A stretch of DNA of 64,000 nucleotides from Candidatus Poribacteria bacterium. GTDB taxonomy: Bacteria > Poribacteria > WGA-4E > PCPOR2b. The DNA is taken from positions 4,704,001 through 4,768,000 of the forward strand of contig OZ220744.1 of assembly GCA_965116925.1 (NCBI GenBank). The letters run 5' to 3'. Positions 29,544-39,870 of the stretch are shown here, in pieces. Below the pieces are notes generated by a model. That model was given only the letters and a program-made list of their open reading frames with translations. It did no database searches and was not told where the DNA came from. Position numbers and translations under genes: made by a program. Position 1 is the stretch's first letter. The number at the start of each line of letters is the position of its first letter.

Positions 29544-32500
29544 TTATGTTACATAATAATCCTGTAACGGGGTCACAGTAATCTCGCCACGGCGGAGCGC
29601 GTCAATGCCATTGATTGCGGCTGACGCACCTGCGATCGTAGAAAACAGGGTAATCCCGTAATCAATTGCCATCTGCCGAATTAATTCTTCATTTGGACGG
29701 TGCGCATACCCGGTCGGTGTATTGATAATCAGATCGACGGCGTTGTTTTTGACATAGTCGTGGATGGTCGGACGCCCTTTGCCGATACTATGAACCAGCG
29801 TCACCTCCATACCGTTACGACGAAGCACCTTCGCTGTGCCGTGTGTGGCAATCAGTTGAAAGTCTAGATCAACTAGCTTCTTAGCGATGAAGATGATCGC
29901 ACGTTTATCTTTGTTCTTTACGCTGATGAACGCATGACCGCCGAGAGGTAACCCATAGCCTACCGCCTGTTGTGCTTTGGCAAAGGCGATGCTCAGATCT
30001 GCATCAATCCCCATCACCTCACCTGTCGATTTCATCTCAGGACCGAGCTGAGAATTTGCTCCCGGAAAACGATTGAACGGAAACACAGGTGCCTTTACTG
30101 AAAAATAATCCGGCTCAATTTCCCGTGTGAATCCAAGTTCTTCAAGGGTCCTTCCCGTCATGATGCGGGCGGCGAGTTTTGCCAAGGGCACCCCAATGGT
30201 CTTGCTCACAAACGGCACGGTTCGCGATGCCCGCGGGTTGACTTCTAACACATAAATCTCATCGTTTTTTATCGCATACTGTATATTCATCAGTCCGCGC
30301 ACGTTGAGTGCCTTCGCAAGCGCGTCAGTATATTCCTTGAGCGTATCAATCTGCTCCTCAACAAGGGTGTAAGGCGGCAGCACACAGTCACTGTCTCCGG
30401 AGTGGATTCCTGCTTCTTCGATATGTTCCATGATTCCGCCAACGACGGTAAGATTCCCGTCGGAAATCGCATCAACGTCAACTTCGATCGCATCCTCAAC
30501 ATACTTATCGATCAACACAGGATGCTCCGGTGAAGCTGCGACCGCCGAATCCATATATGCCTCTAAAGCCTCCGGATCATAGACAATCTGCATTGCCCGT
30601 CCTCCCAAAACATACGAAGGACGCACCATAACCGGGTATCCAAGCGCAGCGGCAATCGGCTTCGCTTCTTCGACCGAAGTTGCCGTCCCATTTGGGGCTT
30701 GCTTCAAGCCGAGCCCATCGAGCAGCTCTGTAAATTGTTTTCGATCTTCAGATCGTGCAATGTCTTCTGGACTTGTCCCGATAATTGGAACACCCGCTTT
30801 CTGGAGTCCGAGCGCGAGATTCAAGGGTGTCTGTCCGCCAAGCTGTACGATGACCCCGTCCGGCTTTTCTCGATCAACGATGTTCAACACATTTTCGTGC
30901 GTAAGCGGTTCAAAGTAGAGTCGATCCGAGGTATCGTAATCCGTGCTCACGGTTTCGGGATTGCTGTTAACCATAATGGTCTCATAGTTATCCTCTTTAA
31001 GCGCGAGTGCCGCGTGAACGCAGCAGTAATCGAACTCAATTCCTTGACCGATTCGATTTGGACCGCTGCCCAAAATCAAGATCTTCTTCTTCCGGCTGGG
31101 TCTGACCTCATCCTCCATGCCATAGGTGGAATAGTAGTAAGGTGTCTCCGCTTCAAACTCCGCAGCACATGTATCCACTGTCTTAAACGTCGCTTCAATC
31201 CCGTGTTCCTTCCGCAGCCCTCGGATACTCTCTTCAGAGGCGTCCCAAAGCTCCCCTATCTGACGGTCTGAAAAGCCGTACTGCTTTGCCTTGTGGAGCA
31301 GGGAAACGGACGAATCAGGCAGCTGAGAAATATCCAAAGCGTCCAATTTACTCTCGCTTCCGACTTTCCGAATTTCTTCTTCAAAATCGACAATCTCCTT
31401 TATATTATACAGAAAAAATGGATCGATGTGTGTATATCCGTGAATCTGTTCGATACTCATTCCACTTTGGAATGCCTGCTTTATATATAGGATCCGTTCC
31501 ATATTGGGGATGGTCAGCTTCTGCGGAAGCTCTGATACCGGCAATTTCTCAATGGGGTGACTGTCGAGTCCCATCCAACCGTTTTCTAAGGATCTCAACC
31601 CTTTCTGCAAGGATTCCTTGAACGTCCGTCCAATTGCCATCGCTTCACCCACGGACTTCATCATCGTCGTCAGCGTCTCATCGGTGCCAGCAAATTTCTC
31701 AAATGCCCAACGCGGAATCTTTGTCACAACGTAATCAATAGTCGGTTCAAACGATGCAGGGGTTTGGCGCGTAATATCGTTGGGAAGCTCGTCGAGTGTG
31801 TATCCGACAGCCAGCTTCGCTGCGATCTTCGCTATCGGAAACCCAGTTGCTTTCGAGGCAAGCGCAGAACTCCGTGAGACCCGCGGGTTCATTTCAATCA
31901 CAACCTGTTTCCCTGTATCTGGATCGACCGCAAACTGGATATTTGAGCCGCCCGTATCCACGCCAATTTCACGAATAATTTTAATCGCCGCATCCCGCAT
32001 CTGTTGATATTCTTTGTCTGTCAAGGTTTGGGCGGGTGCAACCGTAATGCTGTCGCCGGTGTGAACCCCCATCGGATCAAAATTCTCAATGGAACAGATA
32101 ATCACGACGTTATCCGTCCCATCTCGCATCACCTCAAGCTCAAACTCTTTCCAACCGATTACCGATTCTTCAATCAACACCTCGTTGACCGGACTCAACC
32201 CCAATCCGTACTCGACCATGTCCCGAAATTCTTCAATATTGTAAGCAATTCCACCGCCGGTGCCGCCGAGCGTAAATGCTGGACGGATAATTGCTGGGTA
32301 GCCGATCTCATCAATAATGGCAATGGCATCATCAAACGAATGGGCGATCCCACTTTTTGGCACCGCCAAGCCGATGTGTATCATCGCCTTTTTGAACAAC
32401 TCTCGATCTTCCGCCTTTTGGATGGCGGGAAGTTTCGCACCAATTAACTCAACTCCATACTTATCCAATGTACCCGATTCGGCAAGTGCAACAGAAACAT

Positions 32501-32789
32501 TTAGCCCTGTCTGTCCGCCCAAAGTTGGGAGTAGGGCTTGGGGGCGTTCTTTAGCAATAATTCTTTCGGCGATATCTGCGCCAATCGGTTCAACATAGGT
32601 TCGGTCTGCAAGCTCCGTGTCCGTCATAATCGTTGCTGGATTACTGTTGACAAGGACAACCTCATACCCCTCCTCTTTCAAGGATTTACACGCCTGAGTG
32701 CCCGAATAGTCAAACTCGCAGGCTTGACCGATAATAATCGGACCGGAGCCGATGATTAAAATCTTTTCGATGTCAGTTCGCTTTGGCAT
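29544..32789 (-). CDS. carB: Carbamoyl-phosphate synthase large subunit
   Basis: [17 protein letters not shown], duplicated ATP-grasp domains, MGS domain. Confidence 0.99.
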   Translation of the reverse strand: MPKRTDIEKILIIGSGPIIIGQACEFDYSGTQACKSLKEEGYEVVLVNSNPATIMTDTELADRTYVEPIGADIAERIIAKERPQALLPTLGGQTGLNVSVALAESGTLDKYGVELIGAKLPAIQKAEDRELFKKAMIHIGLAVPKSGIAHSFDDAIAIIDEIGYPAIIRPAFTLGGTGGGIAYNIEEFRDMVEYGLGLSPVNEVLIEESVIGWKEFELEVMRDGTDNVVIICSIENFDPMGVHTGDSITVAPAQTLTDKEYQQMRDAAIKIIREIGVDTGGSNIQFAVDPDTGKQVVIEMNPRVSRSSALASKATGFPIAKIAAKLAVGYTLDELPNDITRQTPASFEPTIDYVVTKIPRWAFEKFAGTDETLTTMMKSVGEAMAIGRTFKESLQKGLRSLENGWMGLDSHPIEKLPVSELPQKLTIPNMERILYIKQAFQSGMSIEQIHGYTHIDPFFLYNIKEIVDFEEEIRKVGSESKLDALDISQLPDSSVSLLHKAKQYGFSDRQIGELWDASEESIRGLRKEHGIEATFKTVDTCAAEFEAETPYYYSTYGMEDEVRPSRKKKILILGSGPNRIGQGIEFDYCCVHAALALKEDNYETIMVNSNPETVSTDYDTSDRLYFEPLTHENVLNIVDREKPDGVIVQLGGQTPLNLALGLQKAGVPIIGTSPEDIARSEDRKQFTELLDGLGLKQAPNGTATSVEEAKPIAAALGYPVMVRPSYVLGGRAMQIVYDPEALEAYMDSAVAASPEHPVLIDKYVEDAIEVDVDAISDGNLTVVGGIMEHIEEAGIHSGDSDCVLPPYTLVEEQIDTLKEYTDALAKALNVRGLMNIQYAIKNDEIYVLEVNPRASRTVPFVSKTIGVPLAKLAARIMTGRTLEELGFTREIEPDYFSVKAPVFPFNRFPGANSQLGPEMKSTGEVMGIDADLSIAFAKAQQAVGYGLPLGGHAFISVKNKDKRAIIFIAKKLVDLDFQLIATHGTAKVLRRNGMEVTLVHSIGKGRPTIHDYVKNNAVDLIINTPTGYAHRPNEELIRQMAIDYGITLFSTIAGASAAINGIDALRRGEITVTPLQDYYVT

Positions 32790-32904
32790 GGTAAATAACC
32801 TTATCGTATTGTTATCGGGACAGAATTTAACGCAAAGGTACGAAGACGCAAGGATTTTTTCCCTTGCTTCATTGCAGCATTGCGTTGTTTGTCTTTCTCA
32901 CGTT

Positions 32905-34083
32905 TTACGTTTTACGCATCATATCTGTAAACCGCTTAAAAAGATAACTCGCATCATGGGGACCGGGAGACGCCTCCGGATGGTACTGCACAGAGAAGAT
33001 TGGATACTCGCTGTGTTCCATCCCTTCAAGGGTTTGATCGTTCAGATTAATATGCGTTACTTTTACATTGTTTGGCAGTGAGTCAATGTCCACGCAGAAA
33101 CCGTGATTTTGTGAAGTAATTTCGACCTGATCTGTGTCAAATCGTTTGACAGGTTGATTTGCGCCACGATGTCCGAATTTGAGTTTGAAACTCTTTCCGC
33201 CGAATGCAAGTCCTAACAATTGATGCCCTAAGCAGATGCCAAAGGTCGGTTTCGTTCCAATCAATTGTCGAATCGTCTGGATACCGTATTCAATCGGCTC
33301 TGGATCGCCGGGACCGTTGGATAAGAAGATACCATCTGGATCCGCGGCGAGAATCTCTGCTGCGGAGGTGTGTGCTGGCACAACTTGCACCTGACAACCG
33401 TGTTGGGTCAGTTGGCGTAAGATATTATATTTGACCCCGAAGTCCACCGCAATGACGCGGAATTGGGGGGCTGACGGCACCTCAATCTCTGTTGTGTCAA
33501 AGTCAATTGTGAGTTGGGAATTTTTATCATTAGCAGTAGCGGTTAAATCAGGAAAGGGGTTTGATTCGGGATTGCGCGTCTCCCATAAGTACGGATTGGG
33601 GCATGTCACGTATTGAACCATGTCCCTCCCGACGAGTCCGTGCCACGCCTGTGCTTTGGCAACCAAACTTTGGGGGTCAAGGTCTTCGGTCGAAAGGACA
33701 CCATCCATGACGCCCTGCACTCTGAGCCGTTTGGTCAATGCACGTGTATCAATACCGTGGATGCCGATAATCCCATTATCTTCGAGGTAGCTACCGAGGT
33801 TGGATTGTGAACGCCAGTTGCTTTCGTAAGCACTATATTCACGCACAACAAACCCTTCCACCTGCGGTCGAATTGATTCGACATCGATATCGTTGCAGCC
33901 GTAGTTCCCGATCAGCGGGTAGGTCATCGTGACAATCTGCCCCTTATAGGATGGATCGGTCAGGATCTCTTGGTAGCCGGTCATGCTGGTGTTAAAAACC
34001 ACCTCACCGGAGGTTTCTCCGGTCGCGCCGAAATGTTCACCTTCAAAAACTGTTCCATCTGCTAATGCGAGAATTGCTTTCAT
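32905..34083 (-). CDS. carA: Carbamoyl-phosphate synthase small subunit
   Basis: [47 protein letters not shown]; start set at MKAILAL. Confidence 0.98.
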   Translation of the reverse strand: MKAILALADGTVFEGEHFGATGETSGEVVFNTSMTGYQEILTDPSYKGQIVTMTYPLIGNYGCNDIDVESIRPQVEGFVVREYSAYESNWRSQSNLGSYLEDNGIIGIHGIDTRALTKRLRVQGVMDGVLSTEDLDPQSLVAKAQAWHGLVGRDMVQYVTCPNPYLWETRNPESNPFPDLTATANDKNSQLTIDFDTTEIEVPSAPQFRVIAVDFGVKYNILRQLTQHGCQVQVVPAHTSAAEILAADPDGIFLSNGPGDPEPIEYGIQTIRQLIGTKPTFGICLGHQLLGLAFGGKSFKLKFGHRGANQPVKRFDTDQVEITSQNHGFCVDIDSLPNNVKVTHINLNDQTLEGMEHSEYPIFSVQYHPEASPGPHDASYLFKRFTDMMRKT

Positions 34084-34146
34084 TGGATTAACCGTCCTTA
34101 CTCTCAAATCGTAATTCGTTTGCAAATTCACAGGATATACAGGTTT

Positions 34147-34413
34147 CTACAAATCTTCTCTGAAGCTTCGGAACCGGGGCGTACGAATCCGTACCTGCTT
34201 GACGTGTCGAGGAACAAGAAAAAGCGTCATCTTTCCGTCATGGATTGATGGAGAAGAAGCAGCTAGCTCTTCTCGTTTGTGCTTTGCCTCTGTAAAGTCT
34301 TCCGCTACACCTACGATCTGGGTGTCGTTCAAAATGATAACGACCTTGCCTTCATACCGCTTTGGATGTTTATAGATTTCTTGGAGCCATTGTTGTGTTC
34401 GCTGTTTCTTCAT
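34147..34413 (-). CDS. Small DUF5678-like protein, possibly truncated
   Basis: YEGKVVII....IVG..D pattern; ends at a TAG in frame with carA. Confidence 0.45.
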   Translation of the reverse strand: MKKQRTQQWLQEIYKHPKRYEGKVVIILNDTQIVGVAEDFTEAKHKREELAASSPSIHDGKMTLFLVPRHVKQVRIRTPRFRSFREDL

Positions 34414-34466
34414 GCGTTTCTCACCCCTTCAGGGAATAAACGGTGTTGCTATCTAGGGCGTACCTC

Positions 34467-35027
34467 TCATCTGCTACGAGCACTGATTTCATCCCTCAGA
34501 ATCGAATATAACTTCATATCATGGAACTGTCCTTTAGTGTAGATATATTCTCGCAAGACGCCCTCCAGGGTCATGCCAGCTTTCTCCATCACGCGAGCGG
34601 AGGCACGGTTTTCAACCATGCAGGTCCCCTCAATCCGATTGAGCCGCCAACTCTCAAAGCCGAATCGGATAATCGCCTGAGCGGTCTCGGTCGCATAACC
34701 CTTACCCCAATACCGCCGACCAATATTGAAGGCGATCTCAGCCCTTTTGTGTTCAAAGTTGACATTGTGCAAGAAGCAGTTGCCAATGACCTTACTGTTT
34801 TCGGTCAGGACAACCCCCCAACACGCAAAATCATCGGCTGTTACCCATGCAATAAAGTCTCTGCTGTCCTCTATCGATTGGTGCGCCCGCCAGAAGAGGT
34901 AGGCTGTCACCTGTGGATCGGAAACCCACTCAAATATATCTTCGGCATCCTCCATCTCTAACGGTCTCAAAAGCAACCTCTTGGTCTCTATCGCAGGCAA
35001 ATCGTTGAAGCACTCGTCCTTAGCCAT
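34467..35027 (-). CDS. GNAT family N-acetyltransferase (RimJ/RimL-like)
   Basis: IETKRLLLRP, YWGKGYATE, N.ASARVMEKAGM..EG. Confidence 0.93.
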   Translation of the reverse strand: MAKDECFNDLPAIETKRLLLRPLEMEDAEDIFEWVSDPQVTAYLFWRAHQSIEDSRDFIAWVTADDFACWGVVLTENSKVIGNCFLHNVNFEHKRAEIAFNIGRRYWGKGYATETAQAIIRFGFESWRLNRIEGTCMVENRASARVMEKAGMTLEGVLREYIYTKGQFHDMKLYSILRDEISARSR

Positions 35028-35091
35028 ACTCTACCCCGCTTAGAAATGACTTCCTCTGTTCTTTTCCGCATTACGTTTCACGTTTCATGCT

Positions 35092-36360
35092 TCAAGTAAC
35101 AACACCGTCACGGATAGTCATCACGGGCCACCCTTTCAATTCCCAACCGTCAAAGGGAGTATTGCGACTTTTGGAGTGGGACTGTGTTACATCTACCGTC
35201 GCAACCTTTTCCGGATCTATCAATGTCACGTCAGCGGCTGCACCGATTGAGAGGGTCCCCCGATCAATCTGCAGAATCTTCGCCGGAACGCAGGTCATCT
35301 TCGCTATCGCGTCCGACAGCGTGAGTTGTCCAGTGTGGATAAGCCGATCAAACACAAGCGGTACGCAGGTCTCTGATCCGATGATGCCCGGTGGGGCTTC
35401 GAGCATCCCCTGCGCCTTCTCAAACGGAGCGTGTGGCGCGTGGTCTGTCGCAATCGCATCAAGTGTGCCGTCCTTGACTCCTTCGATAACAGCGTCAACA
35501 TCAGCTTGTGTGCGTAAGGGCGGGTGCATCTTGGCATTCGTACCATGTTCTTCAATTGCTGCGTCGGTGAGTGTAAAATGATGCGGCATCGCTTCGGCAG
35601 TGACATTGACCCCTCTGCGTTTGCCCCACCGGACAAGATCAACAGATCCCGCTGTGCTGACGTGGAGGACATGGAGGTGCCCGCCGGTCAGTTCAGCGAG
35701 CATGATGTCGCGGGCAACGATAATATCCTCCGCAGCGTTGGGGCTTCCGATTAGGTTCAATCGACGTGACGTTTCGCCGAGATTCATGACCGCCCCCACA
35801 TCAAGGTTATGCTCTTGGCAGTGCACCATCACGGGGAAGCTGTGTTTCGCACTCAACGCCAACACATCGCGCATCAATCCAGCATCCATGACTGTTTTGC
35901 CATCGTCCGATAGCCCAACCACACCGGCTTCTATCAACGCTAGTACATCCGTCAATACTTCGCCATTGAGATTTTTCGTGATGCTACCGATTGGGTACAC
36001 ATTCGCCGCACCATCTTTCCGCGCTTGCGACCGTATCAATTCGATAACGTCAGGCGTATCCGCTACCGGATCGGTATTCGCCATGCACGCAACGGAAGTA
36101 AATCCACCAGCCGCCGCCGCACGGGTGCCCGATGCGATCGTCTCCTTATGCTCAAAACCGGGTTCCCGAAGATGAACGTGCATATCGATCAAGCCCGGCG
36201 TAACAATCAAGTCCGTTGCGTCAATAGTTGGAGAGGCATCAGTTTCAATCCGATCGTCAATCCGATCGATTTTCCCATCACGAATCAGGAGATCGCCAGT
36301 GGTGTCAATCTGGTTGGCAGGATCAATAATTCGACCGTTGCGGATGAGCATCCGACTCAT
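35092..36360 (-). CDS. pyrC: Dihydroorotase (type I)
   Basis: DMHVHLREPG, AAAAGGFT, ATDHAPH, SKSRNTPF. Confidence 0.96.
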   Translation of the reverse strand: MSRMLIRNGRIIDPANQIDTTGDLLIRDGKIDRIDDRIETDASPTIDATDLIVTPGLIDMHVHLREPGFEHKETIASGTRAAAAGGFTSVACMANTDPVADTPDVIELIRSQARKDGAANVYPIGSITKNLNGEVLTDVLALIEAGVVGLSDDGKTVMDAGLMRDVLALSAKHSFPVMVHCQEHNLDVGAVMNLGETSRRLNLIGSPNAAEDIIVARDIMLAELTGGHLHVLHVSTAGSVDLVRWGKRRGVNVTAEAMPHHFTLTDAAIEEHGTNAKMHPPLRTQADVDAVIEGVKDGTLDAIATDHAPHAPFEKAQGMLEAPPGIIGSETCVPLVFDRLIHTGQLTLSDAIAKMTCVPAKILQIDRGTLSIGAAADVTLIDPEKVATVDVTQSHSKSRNTPFDGWELKGWPVMTIRDGVVT

Positions 36361-36911
36361 GAATCGTCCTCCTCGTAGATCGTCGCCTGATCGACCCCAT
36401 CTTCTTCAACCAACTGAACCCGAACAATCTCCTTACGCGAAGTCGGAATATTCTTACCGATGTAGTCCGCTGCAATCGGAAGTTCACGATGCCCCCGATC
36501 AATGAGAACCGCCAATTGAATCGCTGCGGGTCGTCCAAAATCCATGACTGCGTCCATAGCAGCGCGGACAGTACGCCCGGTGTAGAGCACTTCATCAACC
36601 AAGATGACACGTTTTCCTGTGGGATCAAACGGGATTTCTGTGCGATTCACCTTAATTGTCTCATCATATAGGTTCACGTCATCTCGATAGAGCCGCACAT
36701 CAACGACACCGACTGGGACTTCAATCCCTTCGGTTCGCTCCAGATTGTCAGCGATTCGACGCGCCAAATGATCTCCCCGGCTTTTAACACCAATGACTGC
36801 CAGCTCCGCAATTTCTTGGTGACTCCGCTCCAAAATCTCATGTGATATTCGGACCACCGCCCGCCGAATGTCCTCTGCTGTCATGACTTGTGTTTTTTCA
36901 CGCATTTGCAT
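36357..36911 (-). CDS. pyrR: Pyrimidine operon attenuation protein/UPRTase
   Basis: LYRDD, ILVDEVLYTGRTVRAA, DRGHRELPI.ADYIGKN. Confidence 0.97.
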   Translation of the reverse strand: MQMREKTQVMTAEDIRRAVVRISHEILERSHQEIAELAVIGVKSRGDHLARRIADNLERTEGIEVPVGVVDVRLYRDDVNLYDETIKVNRTEIPFDPTGKRVILVDEVLYTGRTVRAAMDAVMDFGRPAAIQLAVLIDRGHRELPIAADYIGKNIPTSRKEIVRVQLVEEDGVDQATIYEEDDS

Positions 36912-36935
36912 AATCTTCCCTCACACCAATACTTC

Positions 36936-37514
36936 TCAAGTTAGATCTTCCCGCCGCTGATACAAGAGGTCAATAATCTCCTGTATCAAGGGAGAATTGT
37001 CAAAACTCCGAAAATTCCAAGGATTTGTCCAAAATTTGTCCAGCGATCGATAGCCAACCTTTTCGTATTCCAAAACCTGAATCATCAACTCAAGTTTATC
37101 AGCAGCTCGCACCAACTTCCCTTCAATAGATGTTGCGTTTTCAAACTCCTCCCAAAGTTGCATATATTTTTTTTGAAGGGGACCAAAATGTTCAAACATT
37201 GATTCAACGGCGGTCCGTTCCCCCGCTTTTTTGACTTCTTCGGGAATATATTTAAGTGTCGGAAACGGTAAATCCCCAACTCGCGCTTCAGCGACCTCGT
37301 GCAATAACGCGAGACGCATCACCTTTTCCACATCCACCGGAACCTCCTGCTCTGTCAACACATCCGCCAGAATCATCGACAAAAGCGACACCCGATAGCA
37401 GTGGTCCGCGATACTCTCGGCATCTTTGATACCGCGAATACGCCAACCGGTACGCGGCAGATTCTTGAGAACGCCAATCTCCTCAATAAAATCTAGTACA
37501 ACCTGTGCATTCAT
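36936..37514 (-). CDS. HD-domain 5'-deoxynucleotidase-like protein (YfbR/HDDC2 family)
   Basis: LKNLPRTGW, ESIADH, ALLHE.AEAR.GD, ADKLE; the track start at 37568 lies inside the terminator, so ATG 37514 is preferred. Confidence 0.85.
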   Translation of the reverse strand: MNAQVVLDFIEEIGVLKNLPRTGWRIRGIKDAESIADHCYRVSLLSMILADVLTEQEVPVDVEKVMRLALLHEVAEARVGDLPFPTLKYIPEEVKKAGERTAVESMFEHFGPLQKKYMQLWEEFENATSIEGKLVRAADKLELMIQVLEYEKVGYRSLDKFWTNPWNFRSFDNSPLIQEIIDLLYQRREDLT

Positions 37515-37534
37515 CAGCAACCAAATCCAGGCAT

Positions 37535-37566
37535 AAAAAAAGCCTCCCCTACACAAAGAGGGAGGC
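37535..37566 (-). terminator. Attenuator terminator of the pyr leader
   Basis: Minus strand GCCTCCC-loop-GGGAGGC-TTTTTTT between the PyrR site and the first gene. Confidence 0.85.
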
Positions 37567-37620
37567 ACTTAACAGTTCAATAGTTTTTGGGATATGCGGA
37601 TAGCCGTAAATCATGTTGAT

Positions 37621-37656
37621 GCCCTTTCCTAACCTCACGGGATCAGATTAAAAGGG
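37621..37656 (-). promoter_or_regulatory. PyrR RNA binding loop (anti-antiterminator)
   Basis: Minus strand CCCTTTTAATCTGATCCCGTGAGGTTAGGAAAGGGC closely resembles the PyrR consensus CUUUAA..ARUCCNGNGAGGYU..AAGG. Confidence 0.85.
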
Positions 37657-37695
37657 AAAAATTTTCATACACGCCAATATCGTTAAACTTATTTA

Positions 37696-37724
37696 AGTGT
37701 AACACAATCGATCTATTTTTGCAA
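37696..37724 (-). promoter_or_regulatory. Sigma70-type promoter of the pyr operon
   Basis: TTGCAA-N17-TACACT with extended TG. Confidence 0.55.
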
Positions 37725-37739
37725 GGGAAATGTTGAGCA

Positions 37740-37768
37740 TTGACATCGTGCGAAAATTCTGCTAAACT
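37740..37768 (+). promoter_or_regulatory. Divergent sigma70-type promoter
   Basis: TTGACA-N17-TAAACT with extended TG. Confidence 0.55.
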
Positions 37769-37837
37769 TAATCCATCAATAAATTTTTGGTTAGCCAGAA
37801 AGTATCATTCCGAATTTAGATCAACGGGAGAATATCT

Positions 37838-38776
37838 ATGTCTATTGATACACCAACCCTTTTAGATGCTTTAGATTCTGTGACAGCGATTCCAATCATC
37901 CCCTTCAAAGATGGCGAAATTGATTACGCAGGACACGTAAAAAATATCAACTACCTGATGCAGAATAACTACCTCGAAGGCGATCGGAAGCGCGTGATTG
38001 CAATCGCTGGGACGAGCCTCATCCACCACGTCAGCTTGGAGGATCAAACCCGTATCATGGACGCCACAGGCCGCGAGATGGCAGGTGATGGGGTTCTGAT
38101 GTCAGGTATTGTGCCGAACCCAATCGGGGATGCAGGGAAACTCATTGAAGCACAGTCTAACCTGCAGCGTCCGCCCGATGTGTATCTGATAATGCCTTTA
38201 ACGGGAATCTCAAATCCTGAAGGTATATATGAACAGTACATGCAGTTTGGCAAACAGTACGGCGAATCCTGCGATGCACGATTCCTCTACTACTTCCGCC
38301 AGAAAAAAGAACTTGATGCAATGATTCGTCTGGTCAATGATTCACCACATTTTATCGGTGTGAAGATTGGCACAGGTGTAGAAGATGTAGAATCAATCAT
38401 TGATGGTGTGGGAGACAGTGGACTTGTGGTATGGGGTATCGGTGATCGATGCACACGCCCGGCAGAACTCGGTACGAAAGGACATACGTCCGGAATCGCT
38501 GTCCTATGCGCCCGTGCCTCCGACGAAATCAACAATGCCCAGCGTCGCGGTGATTACGAAACTTCCCATCAAATTGAAGCGGACATCTTTGGTCTTGAAG
38601 AGATTCGCTTCATGAATGAGCGCCTCTATAACTATTCCGCTGTGATAGAAGCGATGAACCTCAGTGGGTTTAGTGATATCGTAGGCGGCACCGGCGGCCC
38701 ATTTAACCCGCGTGTTCCGTCAGAAATTTCAGCACAGGTACAGGAAGCGATTCAACCGCTCAAGAAGTACCATTGA
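37838..38776 (+). CDS. Divergent dihydrodipicolinate synthase family lyase
   Basis: AIPIIPF.DGEIDY, Schiff-base region FIGVKIG, GHTSG. Confidence 0.7.
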   Translation: MSIDTPTLLDALDSVTAIPIIPFKDGEIDYAGHVKNINYLMQNNYLEGDRKRVIAIAGTSLIHHVSLEDQTRIMDATGREMAGDGVLMSGIVPNPIGDAGKLIEAQSNLQRPPDVYLIMPLTGISNPEGIYEQYMQFGKQYGESCDARFLYYFRQKKELDAMIRLVNDSPHFIGVKIGTGVEDVESIIDGVGDSGLVVWGIGDRCTRPAELGTKGHTSGIAVLCARASDEINNAQRRGDYETSHQIEADIFGLEEIRFMNERLYNYSAVIEAMNLSGFSDIVGGTGGPFNPRVPSEISAQVQEAIQPLKKYH

Positions 38777-38808
38777 TACAGTGGACAATCAAGGAGAATT
38801 AAAAACTT

Positions 38809-39705
38809 ATGAAGGGAAGATTTGAAGGCATTCTGACACCAACGATAACGCCTTTGGACGAAAAAGAGCGGATTGATGAGTTGGGATTTGTGAGGCATCT
38901 CAACCGTTTAATCGATAACGGTGTGCACGGTATTTACCTGCTCGGCACCTCAGGCGAATTCACAACGCTGACAAACACAGAACGGCAACACGCAATCGAA
39001 ATCGCTGCCAACACAGTCGGTGGGCGTGTCCCGATTATCTGCGGTGTGATGGATTCAAGTACGCAACGGGTCGTTCAAAATATTGAAATCGCACAGGATT
39101 TTAATATTGATGCCGTTGCGGCAACGCCACCCTACTACTACCCATCAATCAGCAACGCTGACATCGTCGATTTCTACAAGACTATCGCCCAAAGCACGGA
39201 TCTGCCCGTGGTTATCTACAATATTCCAGTGATGGTGAAAACCGCAATCCCGCCGGAAGTTGTCCGCGATTTAGCGGAGGATGTGGAAAATATCGTCGGA
39301 ATCAAGGATAGCTCAGGGGATTGGACGAACTTTCTCAAGATGCTCGCCTACCTTGAAGACAATGAGGATTTCTCGATCATGCTCGGTTCTTATACCTTAG
39401 CGGGTGGAGCAATCTTGTTCGGGGCAGCAGGTGCCGTTATTTCAATCTCCAATGTCGATCCGAAAACCTCTGTTCAACTGTATGATGCCGCGAAGGCGCA
39501 GCAGATTGATGAAGTGCATCGCCTGCAGAAACAGATCCTTGAACTGAGCAAACTCTACGGCTACGGCGCAGCAATCAGTTGTCTGAAAACCTGCATGGAG
39601 CTGCTCGGCGTTTGCAGCCACTATACCACCAGTCCTCTTCTGCCGGTGGATGATGCAGCGAAAAGTGCATTACAGGAACTGCTGACCAAACATGGGCTGA
39701 TTTAA
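38809..39705 (+). CDS. Dihydrodipicolinate synthase family protein
   Basis: GTSGEF, TPPYY, YNIP, GIKDSSGD. Confidence 0.92.
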   Translation: MKGRFEGILTPTITPLDEKERIDELGFVRHLNRLIDNGVHGIYLLGTSGEFTTLTNTERQHAIEIAANTVGGRVPIICGVMDSSTQRVVQNIEIAQDFNIDAVAATPPYYYPSISNADIVDFYKTIAQSTDLPVVIYNIPVMVKTAIPPEVVRDLAEDVENIVGIKDSSGDWTNFLKMLAYLEDNEDFSIMLGSYTLAGGAILFGAAGAVISISNVDPKTSVQLYDAAKAQQIDEVHRLQKQILELSKLYGYGAAISCLKTCMELLGVCSHYTTSPLLPVDDAAKSALQELLTKHGLI

Positions 39706-39720
39706 GCGAAAAATAGAGAA

Positions 39721-39851
39721 GCTCATGTAAAAAGAAAGTGGAAAATATAAAGCGTAATCGTAGGGGCGGGGTTCCCCCACCCGCAGTAGGGGTTGGGTGA
39801 CCCAACCCCTACGAAAACTCGGTTGCTGGTGTACGCTTTCTTAACATGAGC
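39721..39851. mobile_element. Family A MITE-like element with two GTAG palindromes
   Basis: GCTCATGTAAAAAGAAAGTG...GTAGGGGCGGGG...GTAGGGGTTGGGTGACCCAACCCCTAC...TTAACATGAGC. Confidence 0.75.
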
Positions 39852-39870
39852 CAATAGAGAAAATCCCTCA

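Noticed and set aside
37514..37568. N-terminal extension of the HD protein given by the ORF track
   Set aside because: It is the translation of the attenuator terminator hairpin
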